Of a stretch of DNA of 64,000 nt, positions 1 to 11,438 are shown one piece after another; positions within the stretch are counted from its first letter, which is position 1, and every line of letters starts with the position of its first letter. The translations under genes and the position numbers were made by a program. The notes under the pieces are model-generated. The model saw only the letters and a program-made list of their open reading frames with translations, had not been told where the DNA came from and searched no databases. Source of the stretch: Camelus ferus (taxonomy: Eukaryota); NCBI RefSeq assembly GCF_009834535.1, contig NC_045697.1:28026001-28090000 (forward strand), given 5' to 3'.

Positions 1-230
1 AATTTCCTTCTTCTCACTTCAAGCCAAGTGCTCAGAAGCCAATACCACTATAAATCAATTTGGCTCCAAAGTGCACATTGCAGTGTGGGTTGGTATATTC
101 TTTTATGGCCGTTATAAACTGTAAGCCAGTGAGATGTTTGCTGGTGACTTTTTTTTAACCTTCGCTTTGTTTTAGACCGGTGGGTGTTTTTCCATTCAGG
201 GATAAACTGAATTGCTGACCTTGTGGCTAA

Positions 231-380
<150 letters not shown>

Positions 381-693
381 TAGGATATGACATTTTGATC
401 ATACCATGTACTGATAGAGTTTAACATTCGCTCATGAGATAATAAGAGCAAATCGTTTTTAGTGCTTACTGTTCTGAGTGCTTCCTGTATGATACATTTA
501 TTCTTCAAAATAACCCTACAAAGAGGTACTCTTCTCCGTTTTAGAGGTAAGGAAGCTGAATCACAGATAGGTTAAGACCTTGTCCAAAGTCAAGGGTAGC
601 TGAATTGGGCTTTGAACCATACAGCATGGCTTTTAACTATTACATTATATTGCCTCTTAGAATAGAAGATTTGGGCATTTATAATATATTCTT

Positions 694-772
694 TTTTTGA
701 GTTTTTTAAATTGAGTTATAGTCAGTTTACAATGTTATGTCAATTTCTGGTGTACAGCACAGTTTTTCAGTC
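694..772 (-). mobile_element. Very short L1 3' end
   Basis: Same 3' motif (agtcagtttacaatgtt.tgtcaatttctggtgtacagc) as other copies; TSD tataatatattctt / tataatttactctt (680-693, 773-786). Confidence 0.75.
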
Positions 773-1475
773 TATAATTTACTCTTAAAGCATTGTGCTT
801 ATCATCCCACTTGAATGTTTTAAAATATACAACTAGCCTACTCCCCCAAAGGATTTGAGGTGTCTCAATAAAAGGCACTTCATCATGGGCATTGAAATAC
901 AGATAGGAAGGATATATACATATATATAGAGAGAGAGAGAGAGGGAATTACTACAATTGAACATTGACCTTGACTCTGAGATTCTTGACTGCCAATACAT
1001 TATCTATCTTATTGAATGATGAAACAGAACTTAGTTGATCTAGATAAGTTTATTTTCCTTATGTTAAATTTTTGAAGAAATGTCCTGCATTGACTCTTAT
1101 ACAAAGAGAAAATATAGTGGCCAATGTCGTTATTGGCAAAGATTTATCAAAATGTTCTTCTTTTTTCTGAAAACATATACCTTGTTTAGTAGATATACCA
1201 AAATTTATACATCTCAGTCACACTTCATAAGTTAAAAAAAAATTCATCGAGTCTAACATAGCTATATGCATTGAAAATAATGCAAATAACTTATTTATAT
1301 AGTATTTATTTACATAGTAGATAGTTTTACAAAATTTAGAGTGGAAAAATTAGTTTTTTTTCTTTCACAGTATGTAAGTTAGTTCTAATGCCAATCATAA
1401 ATGACAAACACATAATTTATTTGCCTGTTTGACTCCCCAGTGTCTAAGTTGTCACTGAAATCTGCAGTAGCTTTT

Positions 1476-1584
1476 GGGGGGGGGTAATTAGGTTTATTTA
1501 TTTATTCAATGGAGGTACTGGGGGTCGAACCCAGAATCTCATGCATGCTAAGCATGCACTCTACCACTAAGCTGTACCCTCCCC
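1476..1584 (-). mobile_element. tRNA-Ala-derived SINE (camelid Vic-1-like)
   Basis: Reverse complement reads GGGGAGGGTACAGCTTAGTGGTAGAGTGCATGCTTAGCATGCATGAGATTCTGGGTTCGACCCCCAGTACCTCC plus tail AATAAATAAATAAACCTAATTACCCC; A/B boxes; TSD tctgcagtagctttt / tctgcaatggctttt. Confidence 0.85.
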
Positions 1585-2129
1585 TCTGCAATGGCTTTTT
1601 GATCAATGAGCTTCTAATGGTCTTTGGTGATGACTATCAAATGCCTATGCATATTCATGTGACCATTTCTTATATCCATTCTACATGAAAACTGAAGGAT
1701 ATAACGTAACGTAAACATGTCTAAGATAATATAGTAAAGGCATTTTCTTGAGGTGGAGAGTGAGGAGCAGGACATGGGGAGCCACAGGTAGCATAGCGTT
1801 TAGATCATTTAACTCAGGTGTTCTTAAAGTATATAGTCTGTGGCATGAGAATCTTGTGACGGGCCATGAATTGGTCCCATTCATTGTTACACCTAAAACT
1901 AGGAAGGATGGAAGGCCTCAGGTCTTTTGCCCCACTTCAGTGGACCATGGTCACAAAGAGTTGAAGGGCCAGATAATTAATTTGATAGAATTTAGGCTGC
2001 CTGGAAGGATGAATAGATTGCATTCTCCTGATTCCATGTCTGTCAAGTATCAGGAGACCTCTGGCAAGAAGTGGATGCTGGTCACTGAATAGTGTCCTCT
2101 CTGGTGAAAGCCTGGAAAGCAGAATTTTT

Positions 2130-2611
2130 TCTTTTTTTTTTTAATTGAAGCATAGTCACTTTACAATGTTGTGTCAATTTCTGGTGCACAGCGTGATGTT
2201 CCAGTCATACATATACATACATGTATTTGTTTTCATATTCTTTTTCATTATAGGCTACTACAAATACTGAATATAGTTCTCTGTGCTATACAGTATAAAC
2301 TTACAGTTTATCTATTTTATATATAGTAATTAGTATCTGCTAATCTTGAATTCCCAATGTATCCCTTCCCACCCCCTTTCCCTCCTGGTGACCATAAGTT
2401 TGTTTTCTATGACTGTGAGTCTGTTTCTGTTTTGTAAATAAGTTCATTTGTGTCTTTTCTTTCTTTTTTTTTTTTTTTTTTAGATTTTACATACAAGTGA
2501 TGTATCATATTTTTCTTTCTCTTTCTGTCTTACTTCACTTAGAATGACAATCTCCACATCCATCCATGTTGCTGCAAATAATATTATTTTATTCTTTTTT
2601 TATGGCTGAGT
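2130..2611 (-). mobile_element. 5'-truncated L1 (3'UTR plus end of ORF2)
   Basis: Poly-T, L1 3'UTR motifs, antisense ORF2 end (catccatgttgctgcaaat); flanking cagaat(t/c)ttttt duplication. Confidence 0.85.
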
Positions 2612-3840
2612 CAGAATCTTTTTTCTGTTGCTAATTGAATGTCATGGATATTACATGTGCAGATGGAAAAATTAACTAAATTCAAGTAGAGGGGCCTCTT
2701 TTGTTTTCTGAACAGGAGGGAGTCTCTTCGTGTGGGCCACCTGCTTCCTAGGGAAAACGTTTTGGTGGCTCTTGAAAGGACCTTGCTGCTGGCAGCATTT
2801 GGGACTGGCATGCTTTCTAAACCAAAAGTTGGAAATGTGGAGTCCAAAAGCTTTTGAACTTGGAATAAGTCATGGAACAGTAGATAATATGGTCACTCAA
2901 TTATACAGCTTTCCTCATGGTTTATGTCATAAAACAGTACAGTGTTTTGGGCGTTTCCAGGTCTAAGGGTGTCCAGAACTGCCCTGGTTTATAATGAACT
3001 CAGTGCTACAGAAGTTTCTATTATAGACAAAAGATTTACTTCCTCATTAAAATTTTAAATGTAAGCTCCTTCCACAGTAAATACAGAAGTCAACTGCCCT
3101 GTGGGGAGCAGGTGCAGGTGTTTCGGGTGCGCTTACAGGTGCACGCGCCTGTAACTGCCCTGCTCCTGGTTGGTCTGACTCTTTGCTATTGTTTCTCATC
3201 AGTCAGCGGCTACATCTCATCACTTGAGTTTAGGCTTCGCTGGACCCTTATAAAATTTTCTGTCAGCCAACTAGTAGCTTGCCTGTGGAATTTGCTATTA
3301 TCTTCTTAGGTGTCCTGTTGTAATCTGACCTTTGCACATATACAGCCTAGTGTAGCCTTCATCCAACGGACTGTGCTCCACCGCCTCTGGGTTTTGTTAC
3401 CTGATTCAAGTATAACCAGTAGATGATACTGGCTTGACTGCTTAAAAATCAGGCTGTGACTCCTGTGGCAGGTCCCAGCCCATAAAAGGCACTCATCTTT
3501 TAATTTGTTCTGAAGTCAGTGTCTTAATCTGTAGCCTGTGCTTGTGTTTCGTGTTGCTCTTGAAGTTTCCCTGTATCTAAGGCACCACGAAGACGATAAA
3601 TATTGTATCTTGTTAATGTCACAACCGCTTGAAACTTGTGGTGGTCTCTCACCTGGCTCTGTGCAGTAATTGATCCAGAGGAGCCTAGAGAGATAACTGC
3701 CTGTGGACCAGCATGATCACTATGCATTCACTACTGCCACTGTCCCTCTTTTGGTTGGTGGAGATAGGGTTCCTTTGAGACAGCATGACAGTTGCACATT
3801 GCCCTATCAAATCACAGAATGAAGTTCAAGTGGACCCTCA

Positions 3841-4459
3841 TGTATTCACTTCTATTGCTGTGTAACAAGTTACCACAAATGTGGAGGCTAAAAACAACAC
3901 ACAGTGATTATCTCACAGTTTCTGTGGGTCTGGAGTTGAGGTACGGGATAGCTGGGTTCTCTGCTTAGTGACTTAGCAGGCTGAAATCAAGCTGTAAGCT
4001 AGCTGCATTCTCATCTGACATACAGGGTCATTTTCAAGGTTATTCAAGTTGTTGGCAGAATTCAGTTCCTTGTGGTCACAGGGCTGACACCCCTGTTTTC
4101 TTGCTGGTTATTGGCCAGGGGTTACTCAGCTCCTAGAGGCTATCCTAAGGTCCTTCATCAAAGCCAGCAGGATAATCTCTCCTAGGCTTCAAGTCTCTCG
4201 CTTTAGGAAGGGCCTGAGTCCCTTTTAAAGGCCCACTTGATGAGTTCAGGCTCATCAAGGGTGATCTCTCTTTTGATAAACTCAGATTCAACTGATTAAG
4301 GACCTTAATTACATCTGAAACGTTCCTTCACTTTTGCCATATAATGTAACCTAATCATGGGAGTGAACTATCATATTTACAATCCTTCCCACACTCAAAG
4401 GAGAAGTGATCACATGTTGTATATGCCAGGAGTGAGAATCTTGGGGGTGATTTCTCACA
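3841..4459 (-). mobile_element. MLT1 (ERVL-MaLR) LTR inserted in the TIR C-terminus of the TLR-like relic
   Basis: tgtattcacttctattgctgtgtaacaagttaccacaaa...aaacaacac...tctcacagtttctgtgggtctggag typical of antisense MLT1; TG...CA ends. Confidence 0.8.
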
Positions 4460-5694
4460 CTTGAGGATGACTGCACATCCCTTTTCTGTTACACTACCAA
4501 CTTCAGAAACTTAGTATTTTTTTATGGCTCTGGCTACATGCTAGAATTATAAAAAAATATTTTAATCTTGGCATTTTCCTCTTGTTTGCACCCACAATGA
4601 CCACAAATTAAATTCATGAAATGCATCCTTACCCAATAGATGGAGAATATTTGTACTATTCAAGGAGCTGAAAATATACTCTGCAAAATAGTTTGGAGAA
4701 GGCAAGTTTCCTTCTCTCAGACAAAGGGGCACATGAGGGAGAGCAAAGAAATTGTGAAATATTGATACCCATTCTGAGAATCCCTTTGGACACTATCTTT
4801 AGAGACATAGAGACTGAATTTGTTTGTCACCACTGCTCATCACAGCCCCAGTGGATTCAATAGCAAGATAGCTGAATACCATCCCTAAGTTGTTCCCAAG
4901 GCCTATTTTGGAGATTTCTGGTCAAGACAGGCTGTAATTTTACAAAGTAATCATAGCTAAAATAATAGCAATATATACTTTAAAATAAGGTAAGTATTTT
5001 TGTGGACCTGATAGAGAACTAAAACTTGTAGCATAAGGGGAGGCTGAAGTCATAGGTTCCAAAGCTGGAAACAGGCAGTGGGGGTGATTGGGAATTTGAC
5101 TCCCAAAAGATAATAGGGATTACAAGTGTCCCACAAATGGACAAGTGTCATAGTCAGGCTCACAGCCTGAAACAGAGAATTGGAATAGAGTTCAACCACC
5201 TGTGAATGGAAGCTTGAGAGAGTTATAGGTGCTGTCCTGGGTTGTGGTTTATCTGAGCTGCTGTCTTTGGATTGAGAAGCAAGCTGTTTATATACAGGCA
5301 AACAGTGCCCACCAGGGGCTTTGCAGCATTAATAGTTTATTATCACAGGGCAAAGAAACTTATTGGAAAACAGAGCACTCACAGCAGTAGACAAGCTCTT
5401 GAAGGTTTATAAATTGCCTGTGGAAAGCCAAGAAAGAAAATAACCACATATTCTATTGCAATTGATTCCCACTCAGAAACCTCATGTTACCCCCAGGGTA
5501 ATTCCAGTTGCAGACTGATCTATGTGCAAAACACAAGAGTCTGTAACAAAACTCAGAGCTGTCAATTGAGCACTAGAAATAGAAACCAATACTTCTTACA
5601 GTTGTTGAAAAACTGCCGTCACAATTGTTAGAACTGTTTAGATTTGGCAGGAGAGTAATTGGAGAATGGAAACATTTAGAAGATGGTTCTTTCT

Positions 5695-5892
5695 TGGAAA
5701 AAAACACTGTATCAAGAGTCATTAAGACCTGAGGTCTGGTCCTGACTGCTACTAACTTGTGATGACAAAGAATGATCACTAACTAGCTGCATTATGCACT
5801 GAACCTCTCTAGACTCAGCTTCCTTACTTGGAAAAGTGTGGGTGGAAGAGAAATTCTAAGATTCCTTCCAACTTCTGGAATATGATGATTCC
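5695..5892 (+). mobile_element. MIR (MIR3/MIRc-like) SINE inserted within the LRR region of the TLR-like relic
   Basis: agacctgaggtctggtcctgactgctactaact...aacctctctagactcagcttccttac...taagattccttccaac...tgattc matches MIR core and tail. Confidence 0.7.
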
Positions 5893-7404
5893 ATGGTCTG
5901 TGGCTATTTAGAGCAGGAGAAAGATATTTGTAGCCACTGTGCTAAGTAGAAAAATACAGAAAATTGACTTTTTGCTACTCTATATGTTTATATCTTATCT
6001 TTTGTCTCACCACTTGGACCCCACAGTTAAGGGAAAATGAGAAAAAGTGACATTCCTGATGCTTTTATAAAATCAAACATTTCTCAGCCAACAATTACTT
6101 TTGGAGAGGCCATAACTCATGCATTAGTTCATTCACAGCTACATTATCATCACATTCTAAGAAGACTTGATTGGCTGCTATCCATGCTTTTGGATATGTT
6201 CGTAAAATGCAATTGATATGGTTATTATTTAAGATCCAGGCAGAAACCAGAGTGGAAAAGGAACATGTTAAAAAAAATTTTATTATAATTTCAAAGTACT
6301 GTTGTGAGAACCAGATGTGATTTCCCACAAGCACTTTAGAGACTTGACATATTCATAGGATATATTGCTAACCAATAGACCAGTGATCAAAATGAAAGCT
6401 GACAATGCTAAGACATACCCAGACATACCAAGTAAAATGTCTGTAGTGGAATGGAACAGCTTATTTCCAGTTACTACAAAAGGCCTAAATGTTTATTTAA
6501 AATTCTAGTTTTGACAGTTTTATGAATCTAAACACCTTATGCAAGTTCCCTGAGGAGAGGAGGCGGATCTGATCTGATCTGTATATTGAACTTTCCAGAA
6601 TTACCATTGTTCCCCTTCCCCATCCTCTCTTGACTTGCACAATTTTTTCCTTCTGCACATTTTAATGAAACTCTTCTACCAGCGATGTCAGAAATAATGA
6701 CAGTGTTTATCACAGAGAACGACAAACTTGTCAAAATGATACTACAGTAAAAACTCTTCACTAGGTATTTCACTATCAATATCACACGGGTTCATTTTTG
6801 AAGGTGACATTGCTGATGATGTGAAAATTCTCAAGGATCATCAATAGGAAAGATAATAGGATTAATGCTTGGAGCTTGTTCGCAATCCTTTACAAGCTAT
6901 GAATAAGACCCAGAGTTTAATGAATTCCTGTGTGACCGCGAGGCAAACACTATGAGTTCAGAAACTCTTCTTGTCAATTTTGAACCTAAAGAGAAGTGAG
7001 TATCTGATTGCAGAGTGGACATCGACCATCATTATGGAGAGGGAAGACTTTCCCGGAAGAAAGGTTGGCTGGCCCCACTTTTTGCTGCCCTGATGTTTGC
7101 TTTAGTTGAGCGCAGCAGCAGCATCTGTGTGTGTTTCTAACTACTTCACACGATTTTTATAATATCTTGAATTCATTGATAGTAGAGTCTGAAATGCAGG
7201 CAATCTTTTTAAATTGTTCTATTTCTCGAAAATTCACCCAAAGAAGAGTAAAATGGGTGCAACTTTCAGAGAAGCAGTTGGCACATCCATAAAATATTAA
7301 ATGCACGTGCCCTCTGTCCAGGGCTGGAATCCCTATCCGACAGGTCCACTGTTGATTCTTTGCAAAAGTTCATTAATATATATGTGCAAAGATGTTCAGT
7401 GTGG

Positions 7405-7710
7405 AATTCACTCAGCAAATACTTGTCATGCTAGCCACTATTCTAGGAGCTTGAGATAAAGCGGTAAGTAAACAAGACAAAGACCCTGTTGTAGACTAGT
7501 GGAAGGATGCAGACAATAAACAATACACATAATGAATAGAAAAATTATTTGGAGGGTTAGAAAGTGGTAAGTCTATGAAAAATATAAAGTGGAGTCAGGA
7601 ATACAGGTTAAGGTTCTAAAAATGGTGGTGAGGGGTAGACCTAGTGAGGCGATATTTGAGCAAAGACCTGAAGGAAATGAGGGAGTTCCCCAGGCATGTA
7701 CGAAAAACTG
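7405..7710 (-). mobile_element. L2 fragment
   Basis: attcactcagcaaatactt...gatatttgagcaaagacctgaaggaaatgagggag, typical antisense L2a. Confidence 0.65.
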
Positions 7711-7811
7711 GAAACAACCCAAGGATCTGTCCATAGAGAATGTTAAAATGTGACATAGCCACTTGGTGGAATAATTCTCTGCAATCATTAAAAAGAATAA
7801 GGTAGATCAGT

Positions 7812-8215
7812 GTCCCAGGCTGGATGCCCAGGGGAGAGACTGAGGCAGAGATGAGTTGCTGGAGTTTTACTGAGAAGGGCTCTCAGGAGCAAGGCTTGCA
7901 AGAGAGTGAAGGACTAGGAAAACAGAACGGGGCTGCGGGAGAGGCCGAACTGCAGTGCAGGTGCATCAGAGGCCTCAGCCCATCTCATAGGGAGCCTGGT
8001 GGTTGGGATGACTCTTCAAAGATGTCCCCTGTTAATGCACAGGACCAGGCTTTTGTATCACCAACTCCCCCGTTGACCAGACTTTATAGTACAGTCGTGG
8101 GGGAGCCAGTTCCCTTTGGCCAAGGGCGTTTCAAAGGTGGGCGTTCAGCTGAGAGCTGTGAGCCGGGGAGAAGAGCCCTGCAGTCCCAGGCAGTGCACGC
8201 AGCCTCCCCCACTGT
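7812..8215. mobile_element. Old ERVL-type LTR (LTR16-like)
   Basis: gagactgaggcagagatgagttgctggagttttactgagaagggctctcagg... resembles recalled LTR16; explains ORF 7824..8228. Confidence 0.45.
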
Positions 8216-9498
8216 CTGCGTGTGCTAAGGCCTCCACGGTGCGTGGTGAAGGCAGGTGCAGAACACTGATATGTACCCATATGCTTTAAAATTTTTTTTC
8301 TGAAAGAAATCAACAAGAAACAAATCAGAATTGTTATTGTTAAAAGGAAATGGGGGGTTAGGGGAGAGGAAGGCAGGGCCGCTTTAAGCCTTTTAAGAGC
8401 CTCTGGTATTCCTTCTTTTGGAGGTCTCTCTCTTATCACACCAAATATAATAAAATGCACCCACACCCTCATTAAATATATAATTTATATGTAACTATGG
8501 AAGAATTGAATTCACTTAAACTATAGTTGACCAATTGACCTAATACTACATTTTGAATACATGTAAGTAAATATTATTTAATTTCCGACTTGCAAATTTT
8601 CTTCTTTGTCTTTTAGAACTAACATATTTTTTCCAGGTCAGATATTTCTGTAGGTCCTTACATGCTCATACGCTCTATTGCCTACTATGTCAGTGGACGC
8701 TGTCTAGGGAGAAAGGCTGTTCCACCTCCTGTTTTCTGTGTCTATACTCTTTGATTTTACTAACATTATGAATTTTTACTTTTAAAAATCAACCAGATAT
8801 ATCAGGGAAGTGAGATTACGGGATTTTTTTAACTGTCTTTTTTATATATCCACTCTTTTAAAAGAAAAGAAATTTAAAAAGAAGGAAATGTTATATTAAA
8901 ATTAAAACAATCGAAAAGGGGAAAACTCTCTAAACAAGTTAGCTAGTGCCCTACTTGGGGGTCCTTTACAATAAGGGACCAGTGGAAAGTACGCATAGGG
9001 TTATGGTGTGCATCCAGGTCCTGTAGAACGGCTGTTGCTCCCCTAAGTTACCAGTTGGTCAAAGAGACCCTCCCACCAACAAATGATTATTTTCATCCTT
9101 TGAAAAGAGGAGAGACCTCCCTTCAATGAGATTTTGATCTTGGTGGAACTCACAAGAAGAGGGGTTGATGGAATCACAGTGTTTTTTGAGAGGGGAAAAA
9201 AAAAAAAAACTAGAGGTGCTATTAAGATATAAAATATTTCATCCAGCACCACACAGTACCTTGGGATCCTGCCTGCATCAAGCTTTGCCAACCCAAGGCA
9301 CAGCTGGGAGGGGCAGGGTTAGAGTAAGATTTCACTGCAGGAGTGACCTTCAGCTTGCTGTCTGGTCAAGGTCAGGTAAGTCAAGCTAACTTTAGCATAA
9401 ACCAGTGTTTTAAAAACAAGGAAACTCCTAATCGAGGATCTGATTTCCAAGGAGCTATAGAAATGGGACTAAAATGATATTTAATAAACTATCAATGG

Positions 9499-9736
9499 GG
9501 GGTGGGAAGAGGTTAATTGGGAGTTTGAGATTTGCAAATATTAACTACTATATATAAAATATATAAAAAACAAATATCTTCTTTATAGCATGGGAAATTA
9601 TATTCAACATCTTGTAGTAACCTATAATGAAAAAGAATATGAAAACGAGTACATGTATGTATATGTATGGCTGGAACATTATGCTGTACATCAGAAATTG
9701 ACACATTGTAAGTGACTATACTTCAGTTAAAAAAGG
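9499..9736 (+). mobile_element. L1 3' end
   Basis: L1 3'UTR motifs with short A tail; TSD taaactatcaatgg / taaactatcaacgg (9485-9498, 9737-9750). Confidence 0.85.
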
Positions 9737-9774
9737 TAAACTATCAACGGCATGTAAAACTTTCTTAATGTAAC

Positions 9775-10005
9775 ATAGTGATTGAGTGTTCGAGTTTTCG
9801 AGTCATAAAGATTGAGTTCAAATCCTGTCTCTGCCACTTACTGGCTTGGGACCTTAGGCAAGTGACTTCACGTCACCAGGTCTCAGGTTTTCCAGTGGTG
9901 AAATGGGTATAATAATATCCCTTACTTTGTAATGAGAAGATTAAATGAGATAATTATCTATACTAGAAGTATTTAGTCCAGTGCCTGGGACATTGTAAGT
10001 ATTCA
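9775..10005 (+). mobile_element. MIR
   Basis: gagttcaaatcctgtctctgccacttactggcttgggaccttaggcaagtgactt...aaatgggtataataat...gattaaatgagataat. Confidence 0.75.
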
Positions 10006-10803
10006 ATCATGTTGGCCAATACCGAGGGTTTCCCATATTTCTCCTCAGTGACCTTACAAACCCCTGGGAGGTGGATGTTATAATCCTCCTTTCAGAGAAG
10101 ACGCAGCAGCAGTGACTCAGGAAGGGCCCCAAGACCACACAGCTAATAACTGATGGAACCAAAATTCCTCCACAACACTCCTGACTCCTGAGTTTAGGGT
10201 GTTTTCCACTAGAGTATAGATGAGAAATTAAACACCAGCTAATCATTTAACATTTGTTTTAAAATGATACAGTATCGCAGCGTGTATTACCTTCTCTTCT
10301 TTGTAGTATTCTTTTTACTGCAGTAAGTCAGAGAGTAGAGGATATTCCATTTTAAGAACCATATAACTTGGAGGGGGTTCATTTCCTGAGGATACTTAGG
10401 GTTCATGATGACAAGTGAGGAGATGAATCCATGAACTAAACCCTCTGGTATTATTCATATTGCTTGTTTTTCTCTGTTATTGGTAGAACCAAATCAATCT
10501 CTCTCAGAGTGAATCACTCTCAGTCAAAAGGCTACAATGACCATATTATTACTTCCTTGTTCTGGGCACTAGATGTCACACTAAGTAAAGTTTTAGAAGT
10601 TATTCTTCAAAGTAGGGTGTGGCATAGAGTAGAAACCTTAACTGTGGAAAATCCATAGCTTTATGTTCCTAGTAGAATGTAGTAATGATGTTCTTTCATT
10701 CACAAAAGAATGCAGAAAAAAGAATTGTTAGTCAGAAAATATAATTGGAGGAGTCTTAAATAAGTGCAAATCTTTGTATGTCAATTATACCTCAACAAAG
10801 CTA

Positions 10804-10807
<4 letters not shown>

Positions 10808-10839
<32 letters not shown>
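10808..10839. repeat. (GT)n microsatellite
   Basis: Directly visible. Confidence 0.95.
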
Positions 10840-10840
<1 letters not shown>

Positions 10841-11093
10841 TTGGAGTAGCAGCCTATTGTCATGTCTGTTAGACAGACACATTCCACTTATTATACACGT
10901 AACAGTGGTGTTTCCTTCCAGAAACCAAGTGATTTTTCTAGAGGCAGGTAATTCATATTCGTCATTATTTGTGTTATGAGATGGTGAGAAGTTCTTCTTC
11001 TCCAGGAAAAGATTCAGTCGAGGCCCTAACCTGCAAGGGGTAGAGAAGGAGAAAGAGGAGTTAATGACAATGAGGCCCATTAAACCCTGAATG

Positions 11094-11438
11094 CCATATG
11101 AGGTTGCTCATATGTGGAATCTAAAAAACAAACAAAAACAAAGCATAAATACAGGACAGAAATAGACTCATAGACAGAGAATACAGACTTGTGGTTGCCA
11201 GGGGGGCGGAGGGTGGGAAGGGATAGACTGGGATTTCAAAATTGTAGAATAGATAAACAAGATTATACTGTATAGCACAGGGAAATTTACACAAAATGTT
11301 ATGGTAACTAACAGAGAAAAAAATGTGACAATGAGTGTGTATATGTCCATGTATGACTGAAAAATTGTGCTGAACACTGGAATTTGACACAACATTGTAA
11401 AATGATTATAAATCAATAAAAAATGTTAAAAAAAAAAA
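11094..11438 (+). mobile_element. Young 5'-truncated L1, 3'UTR type different from the other copies
   Basis: Perfect 12-bp TSD aaaccctgaatg (11082-11093, 11439-11450); AATAAA and intact poly-A tail. Confidence 0.9.

Larger units (their letters stand above)
3790..6770 (-). pseudogene. Decayed Toll-like receptor-like gene (LRRs, LRR-CT, TM, TIR) nested antisense in a FAM114A1 intron
   Basis: Manual - strand translation in collinear order: IRCLDS*NCQ (6540-6511); FRPFVVTGNKLFHSTTDILLGMS (6489-6421); LVGNHI and TLVSAWILNNNHINCILRTY (ORF 6095..6334); LLNVSILQLLSCQI; FLSGNQL (5479-5459); FINLQEL; PHCLFP (5083-5066); TM YFKVYIAIILAMITL (4987-4943); NRPWEQLR; FSLYVS (4818-4801); EWV...LCLREGNL...[10 protein letters not shown] (open frame 4792-4565); many stops and frameshifts. 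Confidence 0.7.

Noticed and set aside
1511..1584. tRNA-Ala gene
   Set aside because: Has a SINE tail and TSD, so it is a retroposed SINE head.
3133..3155. Short hairpin TTACAGGTGC-AC-GCGCCTGTAA
   Set aside because: 10-bp imperfect stem; no other support and plausible by chance in 64 kb.
3524..3727. GSSGSITAQSQV...KF resembling bornavirus nucleoprotein (endogenous viral element)
   Set aside because: Few identities, requires a gap, and no further collinear N motifs.
4560..4870. Filovirus NP-like (EKETCL) or bornavirus G-like (LLNPLG) fragments
   Set aside because: Isolated short matches; another frame gives a coherent TIR within an LRR-TM-TIR order.
10808..10839. miR-574 (TG-rich miRNA hosted by FAM114A1)
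   Set aside because: miR-574 is recalled in the first intron, upstream of this window; this GT run has no complementary CA-rich arm.
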